Shown one piece after another: positions 11,299 through 22,597 of a stretch of 64,000 nucleotides of DNA. The translations under genes were made by a program, and so were the position numbers. Each line of letters opens with the position of its first letter. Position 1 is the stretch's first letter. This stretch comes from Candidatus Poribacteria bacterium (GTDB taxonomy: Bacteria; Poribacteria; WGA-4E; WGA-3G), in assembly GCA_965205025.1 (NCBI GenBank), contig CBDBFU010000027.1:70294-134293 (forward strand). The letters are read 5' to 3'. The notes under the pieces were generated by a model. That model did not search any database and was not told the origin of the DNA. It saw only the letters and a list, made by a program, of their open reading frames with translations.

Positions 11299-11477
11299 TT
11301 AGTTTGTGATCTTCCACTCTTCTGTATGAAGGAACTCCCATTCCCGACCCTTCCAATATATAACTTCAAATATACATATAAATCATATTAAAGATACAAT
11401 AATCCCCTTTTGTCATGTTCAAGCCTGGTAGTCATAACACAGATAGACAAACAGGTTATCCCTGTCTGTAAACAAAG

Positions 11478-11499
11478 CAAATATCAATATTGATATTTG
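11478..11499. promoter_or_regulatory. Perfect 22-bp palindrome upstream of the surface-protein gene; candidate operator
   Basis: CAAATATCAATATTGATATTTG is its own reverse complement. Confidence 0.4.
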
Positions 11500-11592
11500 A
11501 GTATTTAGAAAGATTTAGATATAAGGATTTAAATTCCCTGAATCTTAACATGACTTGAATAACTTTTTTTAAAAATAAAAGGAGTTTATGAA

Positions 11593-14500
11593 ATGAATAT
11601 GTCAAATCGATTGACATTTAGTATTTTAAGTATATTTTTACTGCTTGCATTCGTGGCAGTGCCGGTGATGGCACACGCGCCAGATGACGACACGGTAGGA
11701 CCGCACACCACACATCCAGTGGAGGTAGCAGTTCCTGAAGTTACAGGAGATAACCGTGTACCAGCGGTGCCTGTACACGGTCCACATCCGATGGTAACGA
11801 GTATTGCCCTAAAACCCGCTGCTGGTAAGGTTCGGGACAATATGGTAGTGGTTGGTGTCGCACCTGCTACGCCAACTGATGGCATTGATGCAAATGAGTT
11901 TGTCCTAATCGTTACTTTTGACCGTCCTGTCGTTGGTGCAACAGGTTCTACAGATCAGGATACGGATGGTGATGGTGATAAAGATGCTGTTGATGCTGCA
12001 GCGATTCTTACTGCTTCAACTGGTAATGATAATGAGGTATTGTATTCTGTCCGAGATAAAATGCGTGTTGCACTTGCCACGCAAACTGATATTACCTTTA
12101 AAGATGTCAAATTTATGGGGACTACCTATGACAAATTTGAAGTCACAGTAGAGGTTGGCACAAGTGCTGTCCCTACAGGCACGGCAACTGATGCGACCGA
12201 AAAGGTGATCCTCATAGTGCAAATTGGGGCTGGTGCTGTGTTTAGTGCACAAACATCAATACCGGATCCTCAGGGTGGTGTAACAGATGTAATCGTTCCT
12301 GGTGGAGCGAATTTGGCGTCAAATGCAAGAAATTCAGAGTTTATGTTGGTCAAAGCGTTGCCAACAGTTACAGTCGCTGATACAACAAAACCGACACTGA
12401 CGATTACACATGCCCCCGCTGATAACATGCCCCTTCCCGATAGTGGTAATGTGACATTTACCTTTACTTTTAATGAGGAGCCTGGTGAAAATGATGCCGC
12501 TTTCACACTCGGTGATGTTACTATTGACGGTGGTAGGGCTGTTGACTTTGGTGGTAGTGGCATGGTGTATACGGTGGAAGTAACGCCTGATGATCCAATG
12601 ATGTCTGTGACAGTAACCGTTGCTGCGACCGCAGTATCGGATGCCGCTGGCAATAACCTTGCTGAAGGTCAAACAGAAACATATATGGCTGATGATACTG
12701 TAGCTCCAACAGTCGAAATTACTGCTAAAAAGATCGCAGATGGTGATAATGCAGGTAAAATTCTTTTCACATTAACATTTAGTGAACCGCTTGGAGCGGG
12801 TGAATCTGCCTTGTCAAGGAATGACCTTGCACTCAGCACTGGTGCTTCGGTGGCAAGAATTCCTATGAAGGATGATAATGATGATAAAGTATGGACGGTA
12901 ATTGTCACCCCATCTGCCTCAGGTCCGACAACACTAACAATCGAAGGTGGTTCGGTTAAGGACGTGCAAGAGAATGCATTGTTAGCAGATAAGTCACATA
13001 CGTATGTAGCACCTGATGCACCTGTGGTTGCTGCCAAGGATCCGACAACGGCAACCATCCCAAGCATATTTGGGTTCAGCATTCCAGCGAATTCTTACGT
13101 TGTTCTTACGAGAAACGCACTAGCCACGCCACGGCAAGATGGTCTGAACTTCCGAGACGTGCCTGATAGTAAGGTAGTCGTTTGGGAGAACATGCCTGAT
13201 TTATGGGAGCGCCTATTTGATAGAGGTTATGAAGGTGGTGGCGCACTTGTTTTGAGATCCTCTTACGGCGATGCCGCTGCAGATAGACCCAAAGTTGGTA
13301 CCGTTGGTATTAGCGAGATTATGTGGGCTATTGATGTAGGAAAATATGGTGATTTTAGAGGAACCGATCGCACAGATCCCCGCAATAAAACGTGGTTAGA
13401 TTCACAGTGGGTTGAAGTTCACAATCTCAATGCGAAAGCCGTGAAGGTCTTGATATATGCGCAAACAGGACGCGATCTTGTTGGCACTGGCAACGTTGTT
13501 GGCAATACGAAGGCTGGCGATACAATCCACGGCAACCCCGGTGGTATGGTCGTTGATGTCATGACAAACTTCTTTAACGGTGCAGACCGTGGAAGCGGTG
13601 GTTGGGATGTACCCGGCGCGAACGGTAATAGCAAAGCAGGTGTTGATTTCATCTCAATGGCACGGCAGCCGAAGCGTGGTTCATTTAACTTGACCCGTAG
13701 ACACGAGAATAAGGCTGATAAACCGTTGGATGGCTTATATGCCAAAACAGGCGGAAGTGAGCAGAGTTTAGATGGCAGAGCTTCCGGTAGTTGGGCAGCG
13801 GGCAGTGTGATTTATGAAAGGGAAGATACGGATATACCTTCTGGTACTACAGCTGCTCTCCCGTTAACTTATGAATATTTAGGTACACCGGGACATCCGA
13901 ATACAAGGGCACCTGCAAGTCATATCACCCGAAATGCTCGGACAAGTGTGCCAAGCAATACTGTTATCATCAACGAGGTTGCGAACCGTAATGATGTACA
14001 TAAAGCTTACGAATGGATTGAGCTTCGCAATGTTTCTACTGCTGAAATAAACCTGCGGAATTATCTCATTTCAATTGTACAGGCTGTGGACAGTGATAAA
14101 GTCTTGTATCAATTCCCAGCAAACGATAATGCCAAGATTGCTGTAGGCGGAGTGTTCCTCTTAGTCGCCTCTGATCCGAGTGGCAATCCGAGCCATCCCT
14201 TAGCAGCAGGATACAACGTTGATAAAAATGACGAAGATCAAGTGCCAGGTTCGCGCAAAAACCCTGTGCGATATAAGGTCGCTGATGTTGGTGGTGTCCC
14301 CGGTTTTGGTAATGGTCGAAACACAGGTGAGAGTGTAACAACCTTACCAGACAGTGGTAAATTCGTCCTGATCCTACGTAGACCAGACAACCATGAAGGT
14401 CACAGGTCTGGTGCTGATGGTGGCAAAGGTGTTGCTGAACGCGGTAAAGATGACGTTGATAAGATCGTTGATATCGCTGGATGGCACGATAACTTGAAGA

Positions 14501-15948
14501 AAACCGGTTTTGACAATGCGGTGTCTTCAACGGATTTATGGCCACTTCGAAGTTTCCGTGCACCTAATTTTAATCTGAATTCGTTCCAACCAGAGACGGT
14601 TCACTTCCGCCAACGCGGTGCCCATGGTCTTGGAGGCGTCAACGATGGTGCCAGTGGTGTTGGTGCGCATGAAAATAAGAATGAAGGTGGCAAAGCCGCG
14701 TTCCGTGATGAAGGTTATTCCGGTATCGGTTACAAACGCCAAGCTTCCAAAACCAATTTCCACGGCGGAAGTCCTGGCTACCACGGTAACGTGAGCGGAC
14801 GAGTTGATGCTACTGCGAAAGTTGTTATCAGTGAAATTATGTTGTCTCAAGGCAACGGTCGTGTGAAACTGCCACAGTGGATTGAACTCTACAATCCTTC
14901 TAAGACGCATGCAGTCAACCTCACGGATAATGCTGGCTGGAGACTCGTTATCGAAAATCCAAATCGTGCACCTATCAGAACTATCCACTTCAAGAGTGGT
15001 AAGCATGATGTGAAAACGATCCTGCCGAATCAAACAGTGCTCATCGTTTCATCGGCGGCAAGGGATTATGGTAGTGATACCTTATCGAGAGGTACGGTAT
15101 TTCCAAATACTCGTGTCCTGAATGCATATACAGTCCTGAAGGGTGAAACTTTTGAGATGGCAAGCCGGACAGATGTGCTCCTTGATCCAAAGGCTTTCAA
15201 CGTCAGATTGTTGGATGGTAAAACACACGACAATAAGCCTGGTGGACGCTATATTGGTGACGTATCAGACGAAGTTGGTAACCTTGACGGTAACCCGCGA
15301 ACGAATGATGCGGCTGCATGGGAATTCCCAGACGGTGTGACTGAAGAGGGTGATCGCACTTCACTCATCCGTATCTTTGATGAAGGTATGGCTCGCAGTG
15401 GCACAGGCATGGTGAAACCGCTTGGTGGCACAGATGGTGTCGGTGTTGACGGAATGCCCGGTATTGATGCCAAGTATAGTTGGGTTCATGCCGCTGATAC
15501 AGAAGACTTTGAGAAGCTCTTTGTCCGTCATACGTGGTATGGTGCTGAAACTGATTACGGCACACCCGCAGACCGTACAGGTCAAGTCTTACCTGTTCAA
15601 TTATCACACTTCCGTCCGACGCTTGAAGATGGTAAAGTTACGATCCGTTGGACAACCGAATCCGAACTTAACAACGCTGGATTTAATATCCTTCGTAGTG
15701 AAACACGGTACGGTGAGTACAAGCAGGTAAATGCTGAACTGATTCAAGGTCACGGAACAACCGGTGAACGTCATACCTATAAATGGGTTGACGAATCCGC
15801 TAAACCGAATGTAGTTTACTACTATCAAATTGAAGACGTATCCTTCGCCGGCGAGCGTCAAACGCTTGCTCTAACCAAGTTGAAAGGACTTATCTCAGCC
15901 GTAGGTAAAGCCACAACAACGTGGGGCGATATTAAAGAGGTACAATAG
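11593..15948 (+). CDS. 1451-aa secreted protein: signal peptide, Ig-like repeats, ~3 lamin-tail domains, fn3-like domain, C-terminal WGxxK tail
   Basis: RBS AAGGAG; hydrophobic leader ending VMA; DTTKPTLTIT/DTVAPTVEIT Ig starts; ISEIM/INEVA...EWIEL motifs. Confidence 0.85.
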   Translation: MNMSNRLTFSILSIFLLLAFVAVPVMAHAPDDDTVGPHTTHPVEVAVPEVTGDNRVPAVPVHGPHPMVTSIALKPAAGKVRDNMVVVGVAPATPTDGIDANEFVLIVTFDRPVVGATGSTDQDTDGDGDKDAVDAAAILTASTGNDNEVLYSVRDKMRVALATQTDITFKDVKFMGTTYDKFEVTVEVGTSAVPTGTATDATEKVILIVQIGAGAVFSAQTSIPDPQGGVTDVIVPGGANLASNARNSEFMLVKALPTVTVADTTKPTLTITHAPADNMPLPDSGNVTFTFTFNEEPGENDAAFTLGDVTIDGGRAVDFGGSGMVYTVEVTPDDPMMSVTVTVAATAVSDAAGNNLAEGQTETYMADDTVAPTVEITAKKIADGDNAGKILFTLTFSEPLGAGESALSRNDLALSTGASVARIPMKDDNDDKVWTVIVTPSASGPTTLTIEGGSVKDVQENALLADKSHTYVAPDAPVVAAKDPTTATIPSIFGFSIPANSYVVLTRNALATPRQDGLNFRDVPDSKVVVWENMPDLWERLFDRGYEGGGALVLRSSYGDAAADRPKVGTVGISEIMWAIDVGKYGDFRGTDRTDPRNKTWLDSQWVEVHNLNAKAVKVLIYAQTGRDLVGTGNVVGNTKAGDTIHGNPGGMVVDVMTNFFNGADRGSGGWDVPGANGNSKAGVDFISMARQPKRGSFNLTRRHENKADKPLDGLYAKTGGSEQSLDGRASGSWAAGSVIYEREDTDIPSGTTAALPLTYEYLGTPGHPNTRAPASHITRNARTSVPSNTVIINEVANRNDVHKAYEWIELRNVSTAEINLRNYLISIVQAVDSDKVLYQFPANDNAKIAVGGVFLLVASDPSGNPSHPLAAGYNVDKNDEDQVPGSRKNPVRYKVADVGGVPGFGNGRNTGESVTTLPDSGKFVLILRRPDNHEGHRSGADGGKGVAERGKDDVDKIVDIAGWHDNLKKTGFDNAVSSTDLWPLRSFRAPNFNLNSFQPETVHFRQRGAHGLGGVNDGASGVGAHENKNEGGKAAFRDEGYSGIGYKRQASKTNFHGGSPGYHGNVSGRVDATAKVVISEIMLSQGNGRVKLPQWIELYNPSKTHAVNLTDNAGWRLVIENPNRAPIRTIHFKSGKHDVKTILPNQTVLIVSSAARDYGSDTLSRGTVFPNTRVLNAYTVLKGETFEMASRTDVLLDPKAFNVRLLDGKTHDNKPGGRYIGDVSDEVGNLDGNPRTNDAAAWEFPDGVTEEGDRTSLIRIFDEGMARSGTGMVKPLGGTDGVGVDGMPGIDAKYSWVHAADTEDFEKLFVRHTWYGAETDYGTPADRTGQVLPVQLSHFRPTLEDGKVTIRWTTESELNNAGFNILRSETRYGEYKQVNAELIQGHGTTGERHTYKWVDESAKPNVVYYYQIEDVSFAGERQTLALTKLKGLISAVGKATTTWGDIKEVQ

Positions 15949-16126
15949 GGTTAAATTTCAGGGATAATTTAACCGTTCTCCTCAACGCATGGACACTGCA
16001 GGGTCTCGATTGAGGAATCTATCTAAACAATATTCTACAATAAGAGCCGGCTGTGATCTCAAAAATGCAGCACTCTTATTGTAGAATACCTCACATACCC
16101 AATCCCAATGATCTTAAACAAGAAAC

Positions 16127-16164
16127 AGGGTCTCGTAGGCAACTACAAGACCCTATTTCTTTTT
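16127..16164 (+). terminator. Intrinsic terminator (duplicate of 1813..1850)
   Basis: Same hairpin and T tract. Confidence 0.7.
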
Positions 16165-16340
16165 CCCACCCCTTGATAGGTTTTCTTTTTCCCACCCTTT
16201 GGTAGGTTCGGTTTCCCGGGGAATGCCTAATGGCATTCATACCGTTGATTCCTTGATTCGAGGGGCGAAAGGTGTAATATATCTGAACAGCGGATTATAC
16301 CATTTTCAAATGTCTATAGCAAAGATGGTGCTCCATGTTC

Positions 16341-16628
16341 TTGAGTTCCGTAGGAACGGAATGTCTATAGCAAAGATTGTTGTTCCATATTCTTGAGTTC
16401 CGTAGGAACGGAATGTCTATAGCAAAGATGGTGCTCCATGTTCTTGAGTCCCATAGGGACGGAATGTCTATAGCAAAGATTATTGCTCCATATTCTTGAG
16501 TTCCGTAGGAACGGAATGTCTATAGCAAAGATGGTGCTCCATGTTCTTGAGTCCCATAGGGACGGAATGTCTATAGCAAAGATTATTGCTCCATATTCTT
16601 GAGTCCCGTAGGGACGGAATGTCTATAG
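16341..16628 (+). repeat. Tandem REP array, 6 hairpins
   Basis: As 2027..2263 with one extra unit. Confidence 0.9.
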
Positions 16629-16690
16629 CACATTTCTCGTTGATTTGGTAAGGACAAAATGATAAAATACAAACCGTGAGGAGTAATACC

Positions 16691-17164
16691 ATGGCAAACA
16701 CATATACACAATTATATATACATATTGTTTTTGCAGTTGAACATCGTCAAAACCTAATTCCGAAGGAACATAAAGAAGAACTTCACAAATTCATTACAGG
16801 TATAATCACCAATAATAAACATAAAATGATCCAAATCAATTCTATGCCAGACCATATACATATTTTTGTTGGTATAAACCCTTCAATGGCATTATCAGAA
16901 TTGGTAAAAGATATTAAAGCAAATTCATCACGATTCATAAACAAGAAGCAATGGGTTTCCGGTCAATTCAAATGGCAAGATGGTTATTCAGCCTTTACTT
17001 ATGCACATTCACAATTAGAGAGTGTATCAAATTATATCCTTAATCAAGAAAAGCATCATAAGCAGAAGTCGTTTAGAGAAGAATATATTGAGTTGTTAAA
17101 ACGATTTAATGTTGATTATGATGAAAGATATATTTTTCATCCAGTGTTAGAGAGCGATTCTTAG
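16691..17164 (+). CDS. tnpA: IS200/IS605-family Y1 transposase, REP-associated (duplicate)
   Basis: Identical to 2326..2799. Confidence 0.9.
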   Translation: MANTYTQLYIHIVFAVEHRQNLIPKEHKEELHKFITGIITNNKHKMIQINSMPDHIHIFVGINPSMALSELVKDIKANSSRFINKKQWVSGQFKWQDGYSAFTYAHSQLESVSNYILNQEKHHKQKSFREEYIELLKRFNVDYDERYIFHPVLESDS

Positions 17165-17282
17165 AAGATCATACGTGTCTTGAGAACTCCACCTATATGT
17201 TGATATAGACATTCCGTCCCTACGGGACTCAATTATGTGGGTATACACGTTTTCTATAGACATTCCGTCCCTACGGGACTCA

Positions 17283-17758
17283 ACACCCTTAATGAAACCA
17301 CCTGAAGACTTGAACACGGAAGCATGGCTTCAAAATGTGTTGAAACGACAGAATCCGCACCCGTTGACACACAAACGCGTGGCACACTACTGTTTGCCTT
17401 ATCAACATTAGGTAGTTTAACCTATGACGCAAATCTTTTTCAAAAACTCATATCGGAGGAAATGATGCAAGAATCTCCTTTTATAGAACTCATAATGCAG
17501 CGTAGCAGAGAACAAGGTATAGAACAAGGCAGAGAACAAGGTAGAGAACAAGGCAGAGAACAAGGTTCACTTGAAATGTCTGTTAAACATATACTGTCAA
17601 TCCTTACTGAGCGTTTTCCGTTGAGTGATACGGAACCTGTAGCAGAAGTCCTTGAACCTATTCAAGACCTTGATCGCTTAACAAAACTGCTTCGCATAGC
17701 GGTTCGAACATCCAGCGTTGAAACATTTCTACAAGAAGTAGAAACATCCGAAGAATAA
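17283..17758 (+). pseudogene. 5'-truncated Rpn with an intact C-terminal cassette (17462..17758, expanded EQG repeats)
   Basis: Fused to a REP at ACACCCTTAATG; internal GGAGG-AA-ATGATG start. Confidence 0.85.
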
Positions 17759-17762
17759 GGAA

Positions 17763-18011
17763 ATGATGCAAGAATCTCCTTTTATAGAACTCATAATGCA
17801 GCGCTATATAGAACAAGGTTCACGTGAAATGTCTGTTAAAAATATACTGTCTATCCTTACTGAACGTTTTCCATTAGAGGATGTGCAACCTGTTTTAGAA
17901 GCACTTGAACCTATTCAAGACCTTGATCGTTTATCAAAACTGCTTCGCATAGCAGTTCGAACATCCAGCGTTGAAACATTTCTACAAGAAGTAGAAACAT
18001 CCGAAGAATAA
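17763..18011 (+). CDS. Stand-alone RpnS-like cassette, 82 aa
   Basis: MMQESPF start; TAAGGA Shine-Dalgarno. Confidence 0.75.
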   Translation: MMQESPFIELIMQRYIEQGSREMSVKNILSILTERFPLEDVQPVLEALEPIQDLDRLSKLLRIAVRTSSVETFLQEVETSEE

Positions 18012-18243
18012 AAACTCCAGATTCACCCTTGTTGATATTGCATTCATACCAGGGGCTAACCCTCTTCTCCGCGCAATCCGCGCAATCCGTGATTCAGACA
18101 ACCAAGAACGCTCTTCTCCGCGTAATCCGCGTAATCCGCGTAATCCGCGATTCAGACAACCAACAACAACATGCAGAGCACGCACTCCAGCGGAGTGCTA
18201 TATATCTCAAATCTCTTGATGTGGTGCAAGTTATTAATCCCAA

Positions 18244-18573
18244 CTACTTCTTCCATCCAAATTTAATACATAAAAAGAAGGTTATCATAATTATGATTAG
18301 AAAAACAATAACATGTATATTTAATTCAAAACCAAATAAGGATGTAAAACCAGTTCCAAATATTGTAGTTCCTCCTATGACCCATCGCCATTCCTTAACA
18401 AAATTAAGAATTTTTTTTTAAACTGAAGTGTCACTTTTAGGATCCGAATTATCATGAAAAATTATGGTTATTTCATTTGGAAAATCAATATTAATTTCAG
18501 ATATTCGATCTATTAGTTCTGGTTCGAGCTCAACCTCCCACGTATTTTGTGTTTTAGGATTTTTAATTCTCAT
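18244..18573 (-). pseudogene. Small membrane protein (~109 aa) with an in-frame TAA next to an A9 run (possible TTA miscall)
   Basis: MRIKNPK...DTSV* continues in frame as KKILNFVKEWRWVIGGTTIFGTGFTSLFGFELNIHVIVFLIIIMITFFLCIKFGWKK*. Confidence 0.5.
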
Positions 18574-18682
18574 AATTATATAAGGAAAATATAATAGTAA
18601 AAATGCTCTCAAAACTCATAATTATAGTTGAGTTAAGAGAGCATAATCATAATGAAGTTAGATATCTAATGATTCAGATCTG

Positions 18683-18913
18683 CTAACCATCCTTTAATAT
18701 AAAGTTAATTTTGCCGTTTTTTACGATATATTGCTTTAACTCACGATTATTCAAATCCAGTTTAAGCTCTTTATTTTTATCAATACGCTCAACAATAACA
18801 GGACCTTCTGAAGTCTCTGGCATACTAACTTTAATATTTTTAGATACATCCTTAAAAATAACTTTATTACCTTTAAGAATTTTATCTGTAAGTTTAGACA
18901 TATCAAACCCCAT
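18683..18913 (-). CDS. Small AT-rich hypothetical protein, 76 aa
   Basis: Open frame with protein-like composition in an AT-rich islet. Confidence 0.5.
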   Translation of the reverse strand: MGFDMSKLTDKILKGNKVIFKDVSKNIKVSMPETSEGPVIVERIDKNKELKLDLNNRELKQYIVKNGKINFILKDG

Positions 18914-19269
18914 AGATTATTAAAGTGACTTATTCGCCCGATACTGAATTAACATGTAAAATTGATTTTGCATAAAAAACCCCTAAATATCTAATAATCA
19001 TTATATCATGAATACATGGAATACACCAATATTTTTCACAATTATTAACTTTGTGAAATCTGCTTCTATTCCTCTTCTGTAGGAGGGAACTCCGATTCCC
19101 GACTCTTCCATCCTTCCGTGTAATCCGTGATTCAGAAAATAAAACAATCCGCACCAAAAAACCCTCTTCTCCGCGTAATCCGCGTAATCCGCGATTCAGA
19201 AACCAAAACCCCTCTTCTCCGCGCAATCCGTGTAATCCGTGTAATCCGCGATTCAGACACCTGATTAAC

Positions 19270-19299
19270 TTGACAACACACAACCCCAGAATATATAAT
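19270..19299 (+). promoter_or_regulatory. sigma70 promoter of rpn
   Basis: TTGACA-18 bp-TATAAT. Confidence 0.6.
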
Positions 19300-19335
19300 A
19301 AATAAAAAACTATCGGAAAAGGCAAAACACTTTAC

Positions 19336-20229
19336 ATGGCACAATACGATGAAATCGTGAAGCACTTGATGGACAGGTTCGCCGATGACTTTGCCATGTT
19401 ATCCTTTGCTACATCCGATGTCGAAGTTTTAGAGACACTTGACACGGAGCAACAAACCGTAAAAGTCCATCGTAACGACATGACATTTAAGGTACGATGG
19501 CACAATGAAATAGTACTACTTCATATAGAAGTACAAACCCAAGACAGTCGAGATAAACCGATGCCGTTGCGTGTTCTCGCGTATGCTGCTGAACTTCTAC
19601 TACGGTACGAACTTCCTGTCTATTCAGTCGTACTCTATTTAAGTGCAAACGCCGGACAAACGGATCCAGGTGGCTATAGTTATGGGGATGACACGTTCGG
19701 TTTGCAACATAAATATCAGGTAATTCGATTGGCAGAATTAGAAGGTGAATCATTTTTAGATGCAGCATCGGTTGGACTGTTACCGTTCACACCCTTAATG
19801 AAACCACCTGAAGACTTGAACACGGAAGCATGGCTTCAAAAATGCATCGAAAAGACAGAATCCGCCCATGTTGACACACAAACGCGTGGCACACTACTGT
19901 TTGCCTTATCAACATTAGGTAGTTTAACCCATGACGCAAATCTTTTTCAAAAACTCATATCGGAGGAAATGATGCAAGAATCTCCTTTTATAGAACTCAT
20001 AATGCAGCGTAGCAGAGAACAAGGTATAGAACAAGGTTCACTTGAAATGTCTGTTAAACATATACTGTCAATCCTTACTGAGCGTTTTCCGTTGAGTGAT
20101 ACGGAACCTGTATCAGAAGTCCTTGAACCTATTCAAGACCTTGATCGCTTAACAAAACTGCTTCGCATAGCGGTTCGAACATCCAGCGTTGAAACATTTC
20201 TACAAGAAGTAGAAACATCCGAAGAATAA
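19336..20229 (+). CDS. Rpn family (YhgA-like) PD-(D/E)xK nuclease, full length
   Basis: YDEIVK, RND, LLHIEVQ, MPLRVLAY, VVLYL, LLPFTPLM, MQESPF...EQG repeats. Confidence 0.85.
   Translation: MAQYDEIVKHLMDRFADDFAMLSFATSDVEVLETLDTEQQTVKVHRNDMTFKVRWHNEIVLLHIEVQTQDSRDKPMPLRVLAYAAELLLRYELPVYSVVLYLSANAGQTDPGGYSYGDDTFGLQHKYQVIRLAELEGESFLDAASVGLLPFTPLMKPPEDLNTEAWLQKCIEKTESAHVDTQTRGTLLFALSTLGSLTHDANLFQKLISEEMMQESPFIELIMQRSREQGIEQGSLEMSVKHILSILTERFPLSDTEPVSEVLEPIQDLDRLTKLLRIAVRTSSVETFLQEVETSEE
19969..20229 (+). CDS. Predicted internally initiated RpnS within rpn
   Basis: In-frame GGAGG (19962-19966) before ATGATG; the same point is the start of all stand-alone cassettes. Confidence 0.65.
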   Translation: MMQESPFIELIMQRSREQGIEQGSLEMSVKHILSILTERFPLSDTEPVSEVLEPIQDLDRLTKLLRIAVRTSSVETFLQEVETSEE

Positions 20230-20234
20230 AGGAA

Positions 20235-20483
20235 ATGATGCAAGAATCTCCTTTTATAGAACTCATAATGCAGCGCTATATAGAACAAGGTTCACGTGAA
20301 AACTGTATCAAGAATATTCTATCTGTTCTCTCAAAACGTTTTCCGTTGAGTGATACGGAACCTGTAGTAAAAGTCCTTGAACCTATTCAAGACCTTGATC
20401 GCTTAACAAAACTGCATCGCATAGCGGTTCGAACATCCAGCGTTGAAACATTTCTACAAGAAGTAGAAACATCCGAAGAATAA
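20235..20483 (+). CDS. Stand-alone RpnS-like cassette, 82 aa
   Basis: MMQESPF start; TAAAGGA Shine-Dalgarno. Confidence 0.75.
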   Translation: MMQESPFIELIMQRYIEQGSRENCIKNILSVLSKRFPLSDTEPVVKVLEPIQDLDRLTKLHRIAVRTSSVETFLQEVETSEE

Positions 20484-20532
20484 AAACTCCAGATTCACCC
20501 TTGTTGATATAGCATTCATACCAGGGGCTTAC

Positions 20533-20850
20533 CCTCTTCTCCGCGCAATCCGCGCAATCCGTGTAATCCGTGATTCAGAAAAATCGCCTCTTTGTACCAC
20601 AAACTTTTAGTTTGTGTTCTTACTCCAACCCTCTTCTCTGCGCAATCCGCGTAATCTGCGTAATCCGTGATTCAGAAAAACATCTCTTTGTACCACAAAC
20701 TTTTAGTTTGTGTTCTTACTCTAACCCCTCTTCTCCGCGCAATCTGCGTAATCCGTGATTCAGAAACCAAACCCCTCTTCTCCGCGCAATCTGCGTAATC
20801 TGCGATTCAGAAAAATCGCCTCTTTGTACCACAAACTGTTAGTTTGTGAT
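20533..20850. repeat. 9-mer/GATTCAGA and CACAAACT REP tract
   Basis: Closely similar to 4210-4345. Confidence 0.8.
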
Positions 20851-20895
20851 CTTCCACCCTCCCCAGATTGCACACCCAAACCATTCTGATAATAA

Positions 20896-21042
20896 TACCA
20901 TTTCTATTTAAATAGTTCACATTATGAGCACTCTTAGTAGTCCCCCTGATAAGGGGCGGGGAATGCCCTAAGGCATTCATACCGTTGATTCTTTAGGGGG
21001 TTTCTTCAATCAGTAATGAGCAATCATCATTTAGAAATGGTA
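20896..21042. mobile_element. TACC...GGTA MITE with a TAA duplication; contains a REP interrupted by the 35-bp element
   Basis: TAA|TACCATTTCTA...TAGAAATGGTA|TAA. Confidence 0.8.
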
Positions 21043-21146
21043 TAACTTTCCTTCAACCAAATTACAAAAATAGTGTCAAAAACAATACGCATAATTAGAC
21101 TTGCCTTGAAAATGCAAATATAAAAATTACCGAAAACGAATAGAGA

Positions 21147-22521
21147 ATGACGAAAAAACGAAATTATCAGAGATGGAATTTTGGATTTGCATTACTTCAA
21201 GGTACATTTATGCGCATCAACCTTGCCTTCGCAGATTCATCTACTGTCCTATCCGCATTTATCTATAAACTCACCCAATCAGACACAATGGTTGGTTTAT
21301 CTGGTTCATTGATGACAGCTGGCTGGATGTGGCCACAGTTGTTAGTCTCGAATCTACTCGAACACCGACCTCGCAAAATGCCGTACTACGCTCTGGGTAT
21401 GGCAATCCGTGTGTTTGCGTGGCTTGCTATCTCCTTTTGCACAATAAGGATAGGGGACAAAAAACCAATTTTACTCGTCGGCTGCTTTTTAGGGTTATAC
21501 TTCTTATCCTCATCAGCCATGGGAGTTTCAACACTTCCTTATATGGATATTGTCTCAAAATCAATTGCCCCAAACCGGCGGGCACGCTTTTTTAGTTTAC
21601 GCCAAATTTGTGGGGGTTTCTTCTCCATTTGGGTCGGATTTCTCGTCCACGCTGTACTCGGAAATGAAGCGGAATTCACAGGTGTACTCGGATTTATTAC
21701 GCATTCTTTCAAAACTCTAACCATGTATCTTATCAAGACAATTTTTCTACTTGAGACGAATCTTGGTTTTCCTGATAACTATGCATTTCTATTTATCTGT
21801 TCTGTAAGTGCTGCACTCCTCTCATTTATAAGTTTCCTGGCAGTACGCGAACCGATACATCCTGTCAACGCAAGCCGTCAACCAATCATGCAGCACCTAA
21901 AACAAGGTCCCACACTTTTTGCGTACAGATGTCAATTATCGACGATTCTTGTGGTTTCGTATCTGTTTACATATATCAGGTATGGCAACACCGTTCTATG
22001 CAAGATATGCATTGTATGAATTAGGTCTATCTGAAGGTACAATTGGTTTTTTTATTGTATGTTCAGCACTAAGTGGTGTCGTATCAAATGCAATGTGGGG
22101 GTATGTCGGAGAAAAATACGGTGTACGATGGGTATTGATTGTAACTGCCTGCTTAATGGTGTTCCCTCCAATTATAGCGTTCTTCTCAGGTATCCTACCG
22201 ATAAAGTACATTCAGCCTGCATACTTTCTAATTTTTGCAATTAGTGGTATCTTAACAAATGGTATGATGGTTGGCTTTATGGCATATATGTTGAATATTG
22301 CCCCACCCCGAAGTCGACCCAGTTATATCGGTTTTATGAATACACTCCTATTGCCATTCAGTTTCGCGCCAACTTTTGCTGGTTTCCTTGTTTCTATAAT
22401 TGGGTTTCAGAGTCTGTTTGGTATATGTTTTGGTATTTGCATTGTCGCAATCCGAATTGGAACTGGATTGCAAGAAATTATGCACGAGGATGAAACTGAA
22501 ATAGAATCCCTTGAGACATAA
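21147..22521 (+). CDS. MFS transporter, split by a one-base frameshift near 21908-21911
   Basis: Two overlapping hydrophobic ORFs (21147..22019 and 21919..22521) form the two MFS halves; WGYVGEKYGVR motif. Confidence 0.8.
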
Positions 22522-22597
22522 TAAAATCTGTAATCCAGTCCATAAACTTATCGTAGGGGCGGGATTTCCCGAGCCGAATTTCAGCATTGTCTGATTT

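Larger units (their letters stand above)
14315..17358 (+). repeat. Copy 2 of the direct duplication
   Basis: See 1..2994. Confidence 0.95.
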
